From contig OY970071.1 of NCBI GenBank assembly GCA_963705375.1, forward strand, positions 870,001-902,000: a DNA stretch of 32,000 nucleotides, read 5' to 3'. The notes under the pieces were generated by a model that was not told the origin of the DNA, ran no database searches, and worked only from the letters and a program-made list of their open reading frames with translations. Below, piece by piece: positions 23,740-31,418 of this stretch (position 1 is the first letter of the stretch; every line of letters begins with the position of its first letter). Both the position numbers and the translations under genes were made by a program. Source of the stretch: Candidatus Saccharimonadota bacterium. GTDB lineage: Archaea; Micrarchaeota; Micrarchaeia; Micrarchaeales; Micrarchaeaceae.

Positions 23740-24344
23740 GCTTTATCGGCTTGGCCTTGTGTGTATATCTGACTGCTTCCTGGTATGCGCTCGTTGCGCA
23801 ATAGATTTACGACAGATAACTCGGATACGTCCGAAATATGTGCTGCCCTGCAGCGCGCAGGATGTCCTATCAGAATCAGCGCCATCGGAATCAACTCATC
23901 ACACACATCATTCATGACGTCCAGCACTTCAGGAAGCGTTTGCTTATCGAAATTAAAATAGGGTATCCTTATGATTCCTAATCCTTCTCGTTGTGCCGCC
24001 TTCAGCGCAGCAATCTGTGCCTCTTTAGGCAATCCAAGCTCGCACTCTATCTCAGACCGTATTGAGAATGTCGCAGCCGGGTTGATTAGGCCCCGGTGTT
24101 TTTCATCCGCCTTTTTCTTGAGGTCTTCTAGATGCTCTTTCCCTATACGTGCACAAAAAACGAGCGCGGCGAGAGCGCCGGATAAAGGAAGATCTGTTCG
24201 CATTGTGGCTTCCAGCGCCTCCATCCTGCTCTTACCTTTTATAAGGAACAGCTCATACTTCTGCCTGGTTTCGGCTTTGGCAGCCTCAAACACTCTTTGG
24301 ACCGCTTCCTCTTTTACTACCTTTCCGTCTAGTACCGCATCCAC
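23736..24344 (-). CDS. divergent nitroreductase-fold protein (degenerate N-terminal motif)
   Basis: The C-terminal half (EAQIAALKAAQREGLGIIRIPYF...LIPMALILIGHPA) resembles the nitroreductase core. The N-terminal RxSxR/APS..N.Q cofactor motif is absent. It uses a GTG start and is translationally coupled to the downstream nitroreductase. Confidence 0.5.
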   Translation of the reverse strand: MDAVLDGKVVKEEAVQRVFEAAKAETRQKYELFLIKGKSRMEALEATMRTDLPLSGALAALVFCARIGKEHLEDLKKKADEKHRGLINPAATFSIRSEIECELGLPKEAQIAALKAAQREGLGIIRIPYFNFDKQTLPEVLDVMNDVCDELIPMALILIGHPARCRAAHISDVSELSVVNLLRNERIPGSSQIYTQGQADKA

Positions 24345-24453
24345 GAAGCCCCCACAATTTATTCAATTCCGAAACTCAACACTAATAACTCTTTTCTACA
24401 AGCAATCTCCACGCCCGGCACTAATGCACTTCACGCAAGCGGATTTTAATGTC

Positions 24454-24574
24454 CGGATCTGGCGGGATTTTCATAAGCTTTCGGTTTTGATTAAACATTT
24501 GCCAAAAGTTTACTTTGAACCCGCAACCACCCGGTCCGAAGCCGGGCGCGCTATCCAAGTTGCGCCACAGATCC
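24454..24574 (-). tRNA. tRNA-Arg(UCG) interrupted by a 46-nt intron in the T-loop (between positions 59 and 60)
   Basis: The minus strand folds by hand as follows. Acceptor GGATCTG pairs perfectly with CAGATCC, and the discriminator is G. D-arm: GCGC-AACTTGGATA-GCGC. Anticodon arm: CCCGG-CTTCGGA-CCGGG, with anticodon TCG. Variable loop: TGGTT. T-stem GCGGG pairs with CCCGC. The T-loop TTCAAA|T is split by the intron. The mature length is 75 nt and no CCA is encoded. Confidence 0.8.
24468..24513 (-). other. tRNA intron with hBHBh' splicing motif
   Basis: The pre-tRNA folds as GCGGG-TTCA-[AAG]-TAAACTTTTGG-loop(17 nt)-CCGAAAGCTTA-TGAA-[AAT]-CCCGC. This is a 5-bp outer helix, a 3-nt bulge, a 4-bp central helix (TTCA:TGAA), a 3-nt bulge and an 11-bp inner helix with one A-C mismatch and one G-U pair. 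Cleavage after the second nucleotide of each bulge yields the T-loop TTCAAAT. Confidence 0.7.
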
Positions 24575-24612
24575 TGCTAACCATTGTATGGCAAAGAATA
24601 AGATTATGGGCT

Positions 24613-25329
24613 CTACTGCGATTGCTGTGCAGCTTCCCATGTCGGGAGTTTTGTCTGCTTTATCCTATCCATGGTTGCCCAGTATTCCCTCAAATAACCG
24701 TTCAGAACGCCTGTCTTCAGGTTGGCCCTTATCGCGTTCACAGTGTACTGGTCTGAGGGGTAACCTGAGCCGATGTGCATCTTCAAAGTGCGTTCGACCT
24801 TCTTCATCTCCCTGTCGCGTACGACCTTGGCTATTATGCTTGCGGCCGAAACAACAGGATATCTGGCGTCTGCCTTGTGCTCCGCGATTATCCTTATTTG
24901 CTTGGTATCAGTCTTGTGCTCGCTCTTTATGCCGGCAACCTTGGTCGGCTTAGCGCTTGACATGCTGAACCTTATGCCGAACTTTTCAGCAATGACGTCT
25001 GGAGAATCGAGATAGACTGCGCTGATGTCTCCCTTCATGCTATCAAAGAGCCTTGCGAAGTGCACAGCTTCAAGCTCGTTGAGCGATATCTTGTTGTGCA
25101 TCGCCTCGTTGATCTCGGCAGGCATTATCCTGTCGACTTTTATCTCGTGGGCGATCTCCTCTATCAAGCCGAACAGCGCATTTCGCCTCTTCTCCGAAAG
25201 CAGCTTGGAATCCCTGACGCCTATCTCCGAAAGCATGTGGATGCTGCTCTTCTTGACAGAGACTATGCTTATCACTAGGGGCCCGACCACTGCGCCCCGT
25301 CCTGCCTCATCTCCACCACAAAGAATCAC
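24613..25329 (-). CDS. rnhB: ribonuclease HII
   Basis: Contains GGDEAGRGAVVGPLV, VRDSKLLS and GSGYPSD, plus a C-terminal PIP-like QTKLPTWE motif. The start is GTG, with GAGGTG 5 nt upstream. Confidence 0.9.
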   Translation of the reverse strand: MILCGGDEAGRGAVVGPLVISIVSVKKSSIHMLSEIGVRDSKLLSEKRRNALFGLIEEIAHEIKVDRIMPAEINEAMHNKISLNELEAVHFARLFDSMKGDISAVYLDSPDVIAEKFGIRFSMSSAKPTKVAGIKSEHKTDTKQIRIIAEHKADARYPVVSAASIIAKVVRDREMKKVERTLKMHIGSGYPSDQYTVNAIRANLKTGVLNGYLREYWATMDRIKQTKLPTWEAAQQSQ

Positions 25330-25496
25330 AATAGCACCTCAAAGGCAAGCATATATGCTGTAGAGAAATTCTGTGCACGATAATATATACTTTTCTCTCT
25401 ACGGTGCCTTCGGTCAGGCTAGGCTCATATGCGTGTCATTTTAAGCGGATGCAGCGATGCCGCTGCCCGCGGTTATTTCGTGCCTGTATTAAAGAA

Positions 25497-25748
25497 TCAG
25501 AGGAACTTCCTGTCGACGACCATGAAGTCGTTCACGGCTGTTAGTGCGTTGTACGGCACCTTTATCTGATTGTCTTCCTGCTTTACCTTGCTAGCGAGCG
25601 TGCTGTCAGGGTTTGGCTCGACAATTATGTTCGTTATCTTGCCTGTTACCTCGCTCAATTCTGCATCGACAAACCTTCCGAGGTCGAAACCGTCGCTTGT
25701 CACTACACGCTTGCCTACCAGTTGTTTTGCTATGATGTATTTTACCAT
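25497..25748 (-). CDS. PRC-barrel domain protein
   Basis: MVKYIIAKQLVGKRVVTSDGFDLGRFVDAELSEVTGKITNIIVEP... fits the PRC-barrel pattern (G..V....G..lG.v.D...d...G.i). ATG 25748 has GAGGT 8 nt upstream and a TATA-like tgtatatacta further upstream, so it is preferred over the track start 25790. Confidence 0.65.
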   Translation of the reverse strand: MVKYIIAKQLVGKRVVTSDGFDLGRFVDAELSEVTGKITNIIVEPNPDSTLASKVKQEDNQIKVPYNALTAVNDFMVVDRKFL

Positions 25749-26004
25749 ATAAGCTACCTCAAACCAGCAACGAGATAGTATATACAGCAACTTATTAATA
25801 GGTTTAGGTGTCGTCGTTTTGACTTCGCTCTACCGGTTAACGAGGGCAATACGCCCCATCATCCGATCCGCAGCCATCCCATATTCTTATTATATCTTGG
25901 TTTAAGAACGGACCGAGTACCGTATTGCCTGCTGTTGGGCACACCACACTTCTGAACGGCACCCTCTACAAGGACTTTATACCTTGTCATGGTAATAGTA
26001 TTTC

Positions 26005-26322
26005 ATGATGGACAAGATTCTGTTCAAGGACAAGCAGCTGAAGATGCTGTTGGCCCTGAAGGACACCTCTCAGAACTGGTACCTTTCTAATCTTGCGCAG
26101 CGCGCGAGTTCAACGTATGTGCACGCTTGCAATTTCGTCAACGCTTGCGAGAGCCTGGGCATCGCCACAAGCGAGAAGCACGGAAAGATAAAGACCGTCA
26201 AGCTAACAGACAAAGGCTACAAGCTTGCAGAACTTTTGGAGAGCGCCACATCAATACTTGGAAGCAATGTGGCAAACGGAGTTAAGGTTGCGAAGCCGGA
26301 GCAGCCTGAACAGCCGAAATGA
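26005..26322 (+). CDS. small winged-helix DNA-binding protein (putative transcription regulator)
   Basis: 105 aa. Shows a helix-turn-helix pattern (WYLSNLAQRASSTYVHACNFVNACESLGI) followed by a beta-wing (SEKHGKIKTVKLTDKG). A TATA-like ctttatacc lies approx. 25 nt upstream of the ATG, which suggests a leaderless transcript. Confidence 0.55.
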   Translation: MMDKILFKDKQLKMLLALKDTSQNWYLSNLAQRASSTYVHACNFVNACESLGIATSEKHGKIKTVKLTDKGYKLAELLESATSILGSNVANGVKVAKPEQPEQPK

Positions 26323-26323
26323 T

Positions 26324-26752
26324 TCACACCACATTCAGTGTGGCCCTTTTCTTCACAGCATTAAGCACATGGGCGTAATCCCTGTAGTGTGCGATCGCAG
26401 TTAGCGTCATGGTGTAGTCTCCTGGGTCTGCATTGAGGCTGTTGAATATGTCCATGCGCACCTCCTTCTCCTCATCAGGTGCGAGCTCGCCAACATGCAC
26501 TTCTCTCTGCCTTGAAACTCCTACCTCATCAAATCCTAGTTGTTGGGGCAGTTCTGCAACTAAAGAAGTGAGCAGCACCTCCTTTGTCACGTTCTTCACT
26601 TTCACGAACAAGCTCGCTCCACCCTTTTTGTTCGAGTACAATCTGTATGGCACAAGCTCGGTCGAAATCCTAAACGGCGAGCTCTTTGCTATGTCTGCGC
26701 TAACATCGCGTTTTCCGAATATGTTGAATATGCCCATCAAATCATTCCTCAT
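26324..26752 (-). CDS. hypothetical protein, possibly Ig-like/CARDB-like beta-sandwich
   Basis: 142-codon ORF. It has a beta-rich alternating pattern (GASLFVKVKNVTKEVLLTSLVAELP..., PGDYTMTLTAIAHY) reminiscent of CARDB/NEW3-type domains. No firm family assignment can be made. Confidence 0.45.
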   Translation of the reverse strand: MRNDLMGIFNIFGKRDVSADIAKSSPFRISTELVPYRLYSNKKGGASLFVKVKNVTKEVLLTSLVAELPQQLGFDEVGVSRQREVHVGELAPDEEKEVRMDIFNSLNADPGDYTMTLTAIAHYRDYAHVLNAVKKRATLNVV

Positions 26753-26852
26753 TATTGCTTACAATTATTCCTCCTTATTGCTTAGTATGCTTATATATTT
26801 TGTTATTCATTACTGATACGCGCTACATGGTGGGTGTGTAGGTGCCGTCATA

Positions 26853-27293
26853 ATGCCAATAAAGTACACGCTTACTAAAAATGACATGCTTGCAGACAAA
26901 ATACACGACTGTGTTATGCGGTCATCTTCTAATTCTGGAAAAGAACCCACTCAAGAGGATGTGCTTCTTCGCACGCAAGCGACAATAATCGCTTCGTTGG
27001 CTTCATCATGGTCCTGGCAGACATCAAAGGCATTAAAAGAATCAAACCTGCCGCTGCTCATGGCCCCTGAAGTAAAGAACGAATATTCTCTGGCAGCAAA
27101 GGAACGCTGGAAGCAGATCAGGAGTGCTGATATACAGGAAGTAGCAAGCATGAATATAGGCACGAACTTTTTCTCAATGTGGCTTTTGTCGAATGTCGGC
27201 AAGGGCGATCACGAACTCTACAAGAAGGCGTGGGACGTTCTCAGGCAAGAGTTCGCGCAGGTTTGCGACGACATAAGCGGCGGAAATCGGTAG
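26853..27293 (+). CDS. hypothetical protein
   Basis: 146-codon ORF with an ATG start and GGTG 8 nt upstream. It is predicted helical by eye and no motif was recognised. Confidence 0.45.
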   Translation: MPIKYTLTKNDMLADKIHDCVMRSSSNSGKEPTQEDVLLRTQATIIASLASSWSWQTSKALKESNLPLLMAPEVKNEYSLAAKERWKQIRSADIQEVASMNIGTNFFSMWLLSNVGKGDHELYKKAWDVLRQEFAQVCDDISGGNR

Positions 27294-27403
27294 CCGAGTA
27301 AACTTTGCGTAAATTTTTTTTCCGCTGATTCGGAAGAGGTTATTTATATCTTGCATGAGCAGCGCTGCTGCTTGGCTTCTAATCTGCTAAAATTTGATAT
27401 TTA

Positions 27404-29767
27404 TTGAAAGGGGGTTATAAGGTGGACGGAACGCTCACGGAAACAGAGGACCTAAACGCACAGAAAATAGCGGAAGATATACCGAAGAAAACTCTGGAAT
27501 ACTTCGGTGAAGATGAAATACGTGCCAGGGTGTTCTATGAGAAGTATGTGCTGAAGGACCAGAACGGCAAAGCGCTCGAATTCGTCCCTGAAGACATGTG
27601 GAAAAGGCTTGCGTCTGTTGTTTCCAGTGTTGAAGTCACCGATGAGAAGAGAAAAGAGTGGAATGAGAAGTTTCAATGGCTGATGCAAGACTTCAGGTTT
27701 GTTCCGGGTGGCCGTATAATGTTCGGTGCAGGTCGCAATCAAAGGGTCACACTTCTCAACTGTTATGTGATTCCAATAAGAGAAGATTCCATCGAGGCGA
27801 TATTCGACTGGTGCAAAGAGGCCGCAAGGACATACAGCTTTGGAGGTGGTGCTGGCACCGACATAGGTATTCTGCGTCCCAAAGGGTCTAACGTGAACAA
27901 TGCCGCTGTCCATTCAACCGGCAGCGTGTCTTTCATGGAGGTCATGAGCGAGACAACTCACACGATAGGCCAGTCTGGAAGGCGCGGGGCGCTCATGATA
28001 ACGCTCAGTGTGGAACATCCTGATATTTTCGATTTCATAAGGGTCAAAAGAGACCTGAAGTCCGTGCGCTATGCTAACATAAGCGTCAGGGTGACTGACG
28101 CTTTCATGCGTGCTGTGGAAGAAGATAAGGACTTCACGCTGCACTTCGAGAATAAGGTAGTACAAAGGATGGAGAGGACGATACGGGCAAGGGATCTCTG
28201 GAACGAGATCATCAAGTCGGCAAGGGACTGGGCGGAACCTGGAATAATGTTCTGGGACACGATCAAGCGCGGCTCTCCTAGCGAGTACAACGGCATGGAG
28301 GTGCTGACCACAAACCCGTGCTCAGAGCAGCCGCTGGAGCCCTATGGCGCATGCGATCTCGGCAACATAAATCTCTCAACATTCGTAACGATGCCTTTCA
28401 CTGACAAAGCTGCTTTGGACTGGACAATGCTCGAAAGGACCGTGCGCTATGCCGTGCGTTTCCTTGACGACGTCCTCGATTTCAATTCAGCACGTCATCC
28501 TCTAAAGGCTCAGGCAGAGGCTGGTGCCAGAAGCCGGCGCATAGGTGTCGGAGTAACGGGCATGGCCGACATGCTAGTGAAGCTCAAGATAAAGTACGAT
28601 ACTGACAAGGCGCTTGCGTTCATAGATCAGCTGTTCAGCGAGATAAAGAACATAGCGTATGACGAGAGCTGCGAGATCGCTAAGGAGAAGGGCACTTTCA
28701 AGGCATTCGAGAAGGACAAGCACCTATCGATGCCGTTTGTGCAGGGGCTTAACAGCAGCATAAAGGAGAAGATAGCGCAGTCAGGCCTCAGGAATGTCGC
28801 ACTGCTGACAGTGCCTCCTGTGGGCAGCGGCTCTGTGCTTGCCGGCACTTCAAGCGGCATCGAACCGATATTCGCGTTCGGCTATACAAGACATTCGGAA
28901 TCGCTGAGCAAGGCGACATTCAAGGTGTACCATCCGCTCGTCAAGGAATACATGAACCTTGCTGGCATTAGCGAAGATAAAGACCTTCCTGACTTCTTCA
29001 TACCTGCACACAAGATACAACCCGAATTCAGGGTGCAGATGCAGGGCATAATACAGAAGCATGTTGACAGTGCAATCTCCTCGACAGTGAACCTTCCTTC
29101 CGAGACAACGGTAGAGCAAGTAGAGCAGATATACATGCAGGCATGGAAAGCGGGCTGCAAAGGGATCTGTGTCTATAGGGAAGGCTCAAGGGAAGGCGTG
29201 CTCGTAACCGAAGAGGCTGAGAAACGCATCAAGAAATCTTCAGAAGAGAATTGGGAAAGGCCGCAGCTGATGGCAGGAAAGACGATAAAGCTCAGAGTCA
29301 CGCAAGGCACGCTGTACCTTACTGCTGACTTTGAGAACAATAGAATTCGAGAGGTATTCATAAACCTCGGCAAGGCGGGCAGCGACGATAAGAGCTATGC
29401 CGAGGCATTGGGTAGGCTTATAAGCAAGTACCTGCAGCTTGGAGGCGACATAAAGGAAGTCATCGAGAGCCTGAAGGGCATACGATCAACTACCGTGATG
29501 TGGGAGCATGGACTTAGGATATACAGCGTGCCTGATGCCATTGCAAAAGCATTGGAGATAGCGATAGGTGAGTCTCCGGGGCAGACCAAGCCGCTGATGC
29601 CGGAAGTTGCGGCATCAAGCGTGGATGGCGTCCAGCAGCACATCTCTGTGGAAGACGGTCCTGAGTCTCGCAAGCTTAGTGTGTGTCCAGAATGCGAAGA
29701 AAGGACCCTTGCAAACGAGAATGGCTGTTTTATTTGCAAGAACTGCGGCTACACCAAGTGTGAGTGA
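27404..29767 (+). CDS. nrdJ: class II (adenosylcobalamin-dependent) ribonucleotide reductase
   Basis: Contains the active-site block TNPCSEQPLEPYGACDLGNINL, a GGGAGTDIGILRPKGS block and the C-terminal zinc ribbon CPECEERTLANENGCFICKNCGYTKCE typical of archaeal NrdJ. The start is uncertain: TTG 27404 (track) or GTG 27422, which is preceded by GGGGGT. Confidence 0.9.
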   Translation: MKGGYKVDGTLTETEDLNAQKIAEDIPKKTLEYFGEDEIRARVFYEKYVLKDQNGKALEFVPEDMWKRLASVVSSVEVTDEKRKEWNEKFQWLMQDFRFVPGGRIMFGAGRNQRVTLLNCYVIPIREDSIEAIFDWCKEAARTYSFGGGAGTDIGILRPKGSNVNNAAVHSTGSVSFMEVMSETTHTIGQSGRRGALMITLSVEHPDIFDFIRVKRDLKSVRYANISVRVTDAFMRAVEEDKDFTLHFENKVVQRMERTIRARDLWNEIIKSARDWAEPGIMFWDTIKRGSPSEYNGMEVLTTNPCSEQPLEPYGACDLGNINLSTFVTMPFTDKAALDWTMLERTVRYAVRFLDDVLDFNSARHPLKAQAEAGARSRRIGVGVTGMADMLVKLKIKYDTDKALAFIDQLFSEIKNIAYDESCEIAKEKGTFKAFEKDKHLSMPFVQGLNSSIKEKIAQSGLRNVALLTVPPVGSGSVLAGTSSGIEPIFAFGYTRHSESLSKATFKVYHPLVKEYMNLAGISEDKDLPDFFIPAHKIQPEFRVQMQGIIQKHVDSAISSTVNLPSETTVEQVEQIYMQAWKAGCKGICVYREGSREGVLVTEEAEKRIKKSSEENWERPQLMAGKTIKLRVTQGTLYLTADFENNRIREVFINLGKAGSDDKSYAEALGRLISKYLQLGGDIKEVIESLKGIRSTTVMWEHGLRIYSVPDAIAKALEIAIGESPGQTKPLMPEVAASSVDGVQQHISVEDGPESRKLSVCPECEERTLANENGCFICKNCGYTKCE

Positions 29768-29796
29768 ACTTTCAAAAGCTGACGAATATATTTGTT

Positions 29797-30468
29797 ATGT
29801 CCGAAAATGACAAGAAGGCAGAGTCAAAACGTATTTTCATAATACGCACCAGCAAATCAGCCAAATTAATGGTGGCATATGAAAAGGCGATGCGCGACCT
29901 GAACGCGTTTTTTGAGATGAAGTGGGTCCGCAACAGGCCAAAGATCTTTCTAGCAGACAAAAACACATTGAAAGATGCATGTCATGCCGGATGGCCCACA
30001 TGGGCTACGGGCTGGGCCGAATTTCCTAACGTGCTAATGCTGTCAAAAGGTGGATTTACTCCTGAACAAAAGATGCTGATGGTGCACGAGGTGGCGCATC
30101 TTTTCTTTCTTATGTGTGCCAAGATATCGTTAGACAACACCCAGGTATTTCCTATCTGGCTATGGGAAGGTGTGTCCATGTTCGTTTCAGGCCAAATACT
30201 GAGGCGTTCAATGACACGCCCGATCAAATTTGGCGACTTTCTAAATTATTACGACAGGCACACTGTGCCTGGAAGAGTGCAGCCTACTGTTTACTGGGAG
30301 TCTGGCTTCGTTGTTGAGTTTCTTGTGAAGAAGTATGGAAAGCAGAAGCTGCTCGAACTTATCAAGTCTATTAAGCAAGCGAACACAGAAGAGCTGTTCG
30401 CCAAAAGGTTCAAGGGGCTATACGGGTTCGAGCTAAGCTACGACGAATTCAACAAGCGCATCGAATGA
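29797..30468 (+). CDS. peptidase MA-like zinc metalloprotease (HExxH)
   Basis: MLMVHEVAHLFF (HExxH) is followed approx. 30 aa later by PIWLWEGVSMFVSGQ, matching the Peptidase_MA_2-type pattern (HExxH ... WxxEG.A). ATG 29797 is preferred over GTG 29764, which overlaps the nrdJ stop. Confidence 0.6.
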   Translation: MSENDKKAESKRIFIIRTSKSAKLMVAYEKAMRDLNAFFEMKWVRNRPKIFLADKNTLKDACHAGWPTWATGWAEFPNVLMLSKGGFTPEQKMLMVHEVAHLFFLMCAKISLDNTQVFPIWLWEGVSMFVSGQILRRSMTRPIKFGDFLNYYDRHTVPGRVQPTVYWESGFVVEFLVKKYGKQKLLELIKSIKQANTEELFAKRFKGLYGFELSYDEFNKRIE

Positions 30469-30476
30469 TGCGCTAC

Positions 30477-31418
30477 TCATTTCTCCGGCATAGCTATTAT
30501 CTCGCAGCTGTCCTTCTTGACCCTCATCTGCGCTTCTGTCTGGCTTACCAGTCCGTTTGTGATTTCCACAAGCACAGGGTACGGTTCAACGATTCCTGCC
30601 GTCACCAGCGCATGCATCCCTGCATAGAGCCTGAATTTGGAATCGACTAGGCCAGAGAGCCATCGCAAAGCGAATGGATTTTTGCCATAGTTCTGCATTA
30701 TCTCCCCTAGCAGTATCCTTGCGTCTTGGGACCTTGGCATCTGCATCCTTGCAAGCTCGTATATCTCGCACACGCTGCTGTCCGTGACGAAGCCTTTTCC
30801 TGTCGTTGCGAACGGTTCTATCGATATGACCATGTCCTCTTCGAGCGTGGAGTCATCACCGTTGTCGTAGTTGGGTATGAAGAGCCCTGTGTGCAGGCCG
30901 TTCTTGCCCACTCCGTGGCCTCCAAGATTAGTTATCGGCTTGAACTTGTGCTTCTCTATCGTCATGCTTATCTCCTTTCCTATGTCTCTCACACGCGCAC
31001 CAGCTTTCACCATGCTCATCGCATTCTCAAGCGCTTCCCTTGACGCATCGACCAGTTTCTGGTTGTTGTGGCTCAGGTCGACAGTCAGCGCGATATCGCC
31101 GAGCATGCCCTCTTTTTCTGCGCCGAGATCAAGCTTCACAACGTCGTGCTCAGTGAAAACTCCCACATCATCGAAGGATGGTGTGTAGTGTGCCGCCTTT
31201 TCATTTATCGATATGTTTATCGGGAATGCCAGGCCGTATCCTTTCTCTTTTATGAAAGATTCAACTGTCTCGGCAACATCGAGAATCCGTGCGCCCACTT
31301 TCACTACTTCTCTTGCCTTTTGCAACGCCTCGACTGAAACCTTTCCTACTTCTTTCATCATCGCGCTGTCGTCTTTGTTCTCTTCAGATTCTACCTTCAT
31401 CGTTTCACCTATAATCAT
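30477..31418 (-). CDS. map: methionine aminopeptidase, type 2 (archaeal)
   Basis: Contains FPINISINEKAAHYTP, VVKLDLGA, NLGGHGVG and ISIEPFAT (M24 pita-bread metal ligands). ATG 31418 overlaps the polB stop (ATGA). Internal ATGs (MKVES, MMKEV) are alternative starts. Confidence 0.85.
   Translation of the reverse strand: MIIGETMKVESEENKDDSAMMKEVGKVSVEALQKAREVVKVGARILDVAETVESFIKEKGYGLAFPINISINEKAAHYTPSFDDVGVFTEHDVVKLDLGAEKEGMLGDIALTVDLSHNNQKLVDASREALENAMSMVKAGARVRDIGKEISMTIEKHKFKPITNLGGHGVGKNGLHTGLFIPNYDNGDDSTLEEDMVISIEPFATTGKGFVTDSSVCEIYELARMQMPRSQDARILLGEIMQNYGKNPFALRWLSGLVDSKFRLYAGMHALVTAGIVEPYPVLVEITNGLVSQTEAQMRVKKDSCEIIAMPEK

Noticed and set aside
25445-25470. GC-rich hairpin (GCGG-AT-GCAGCG-ATGC-CGCTGC-CCGC) 27 nt downstream of the PRC-barrel gene, considered as an intrinsic terminator.
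   Set aside because: Archaeal termination relies mainly on oligo-T tracts, not hairpins, and no T-run follows on the transcribed (minus) strand. It could equally be fortuitous or part of the rnhB upstream region.
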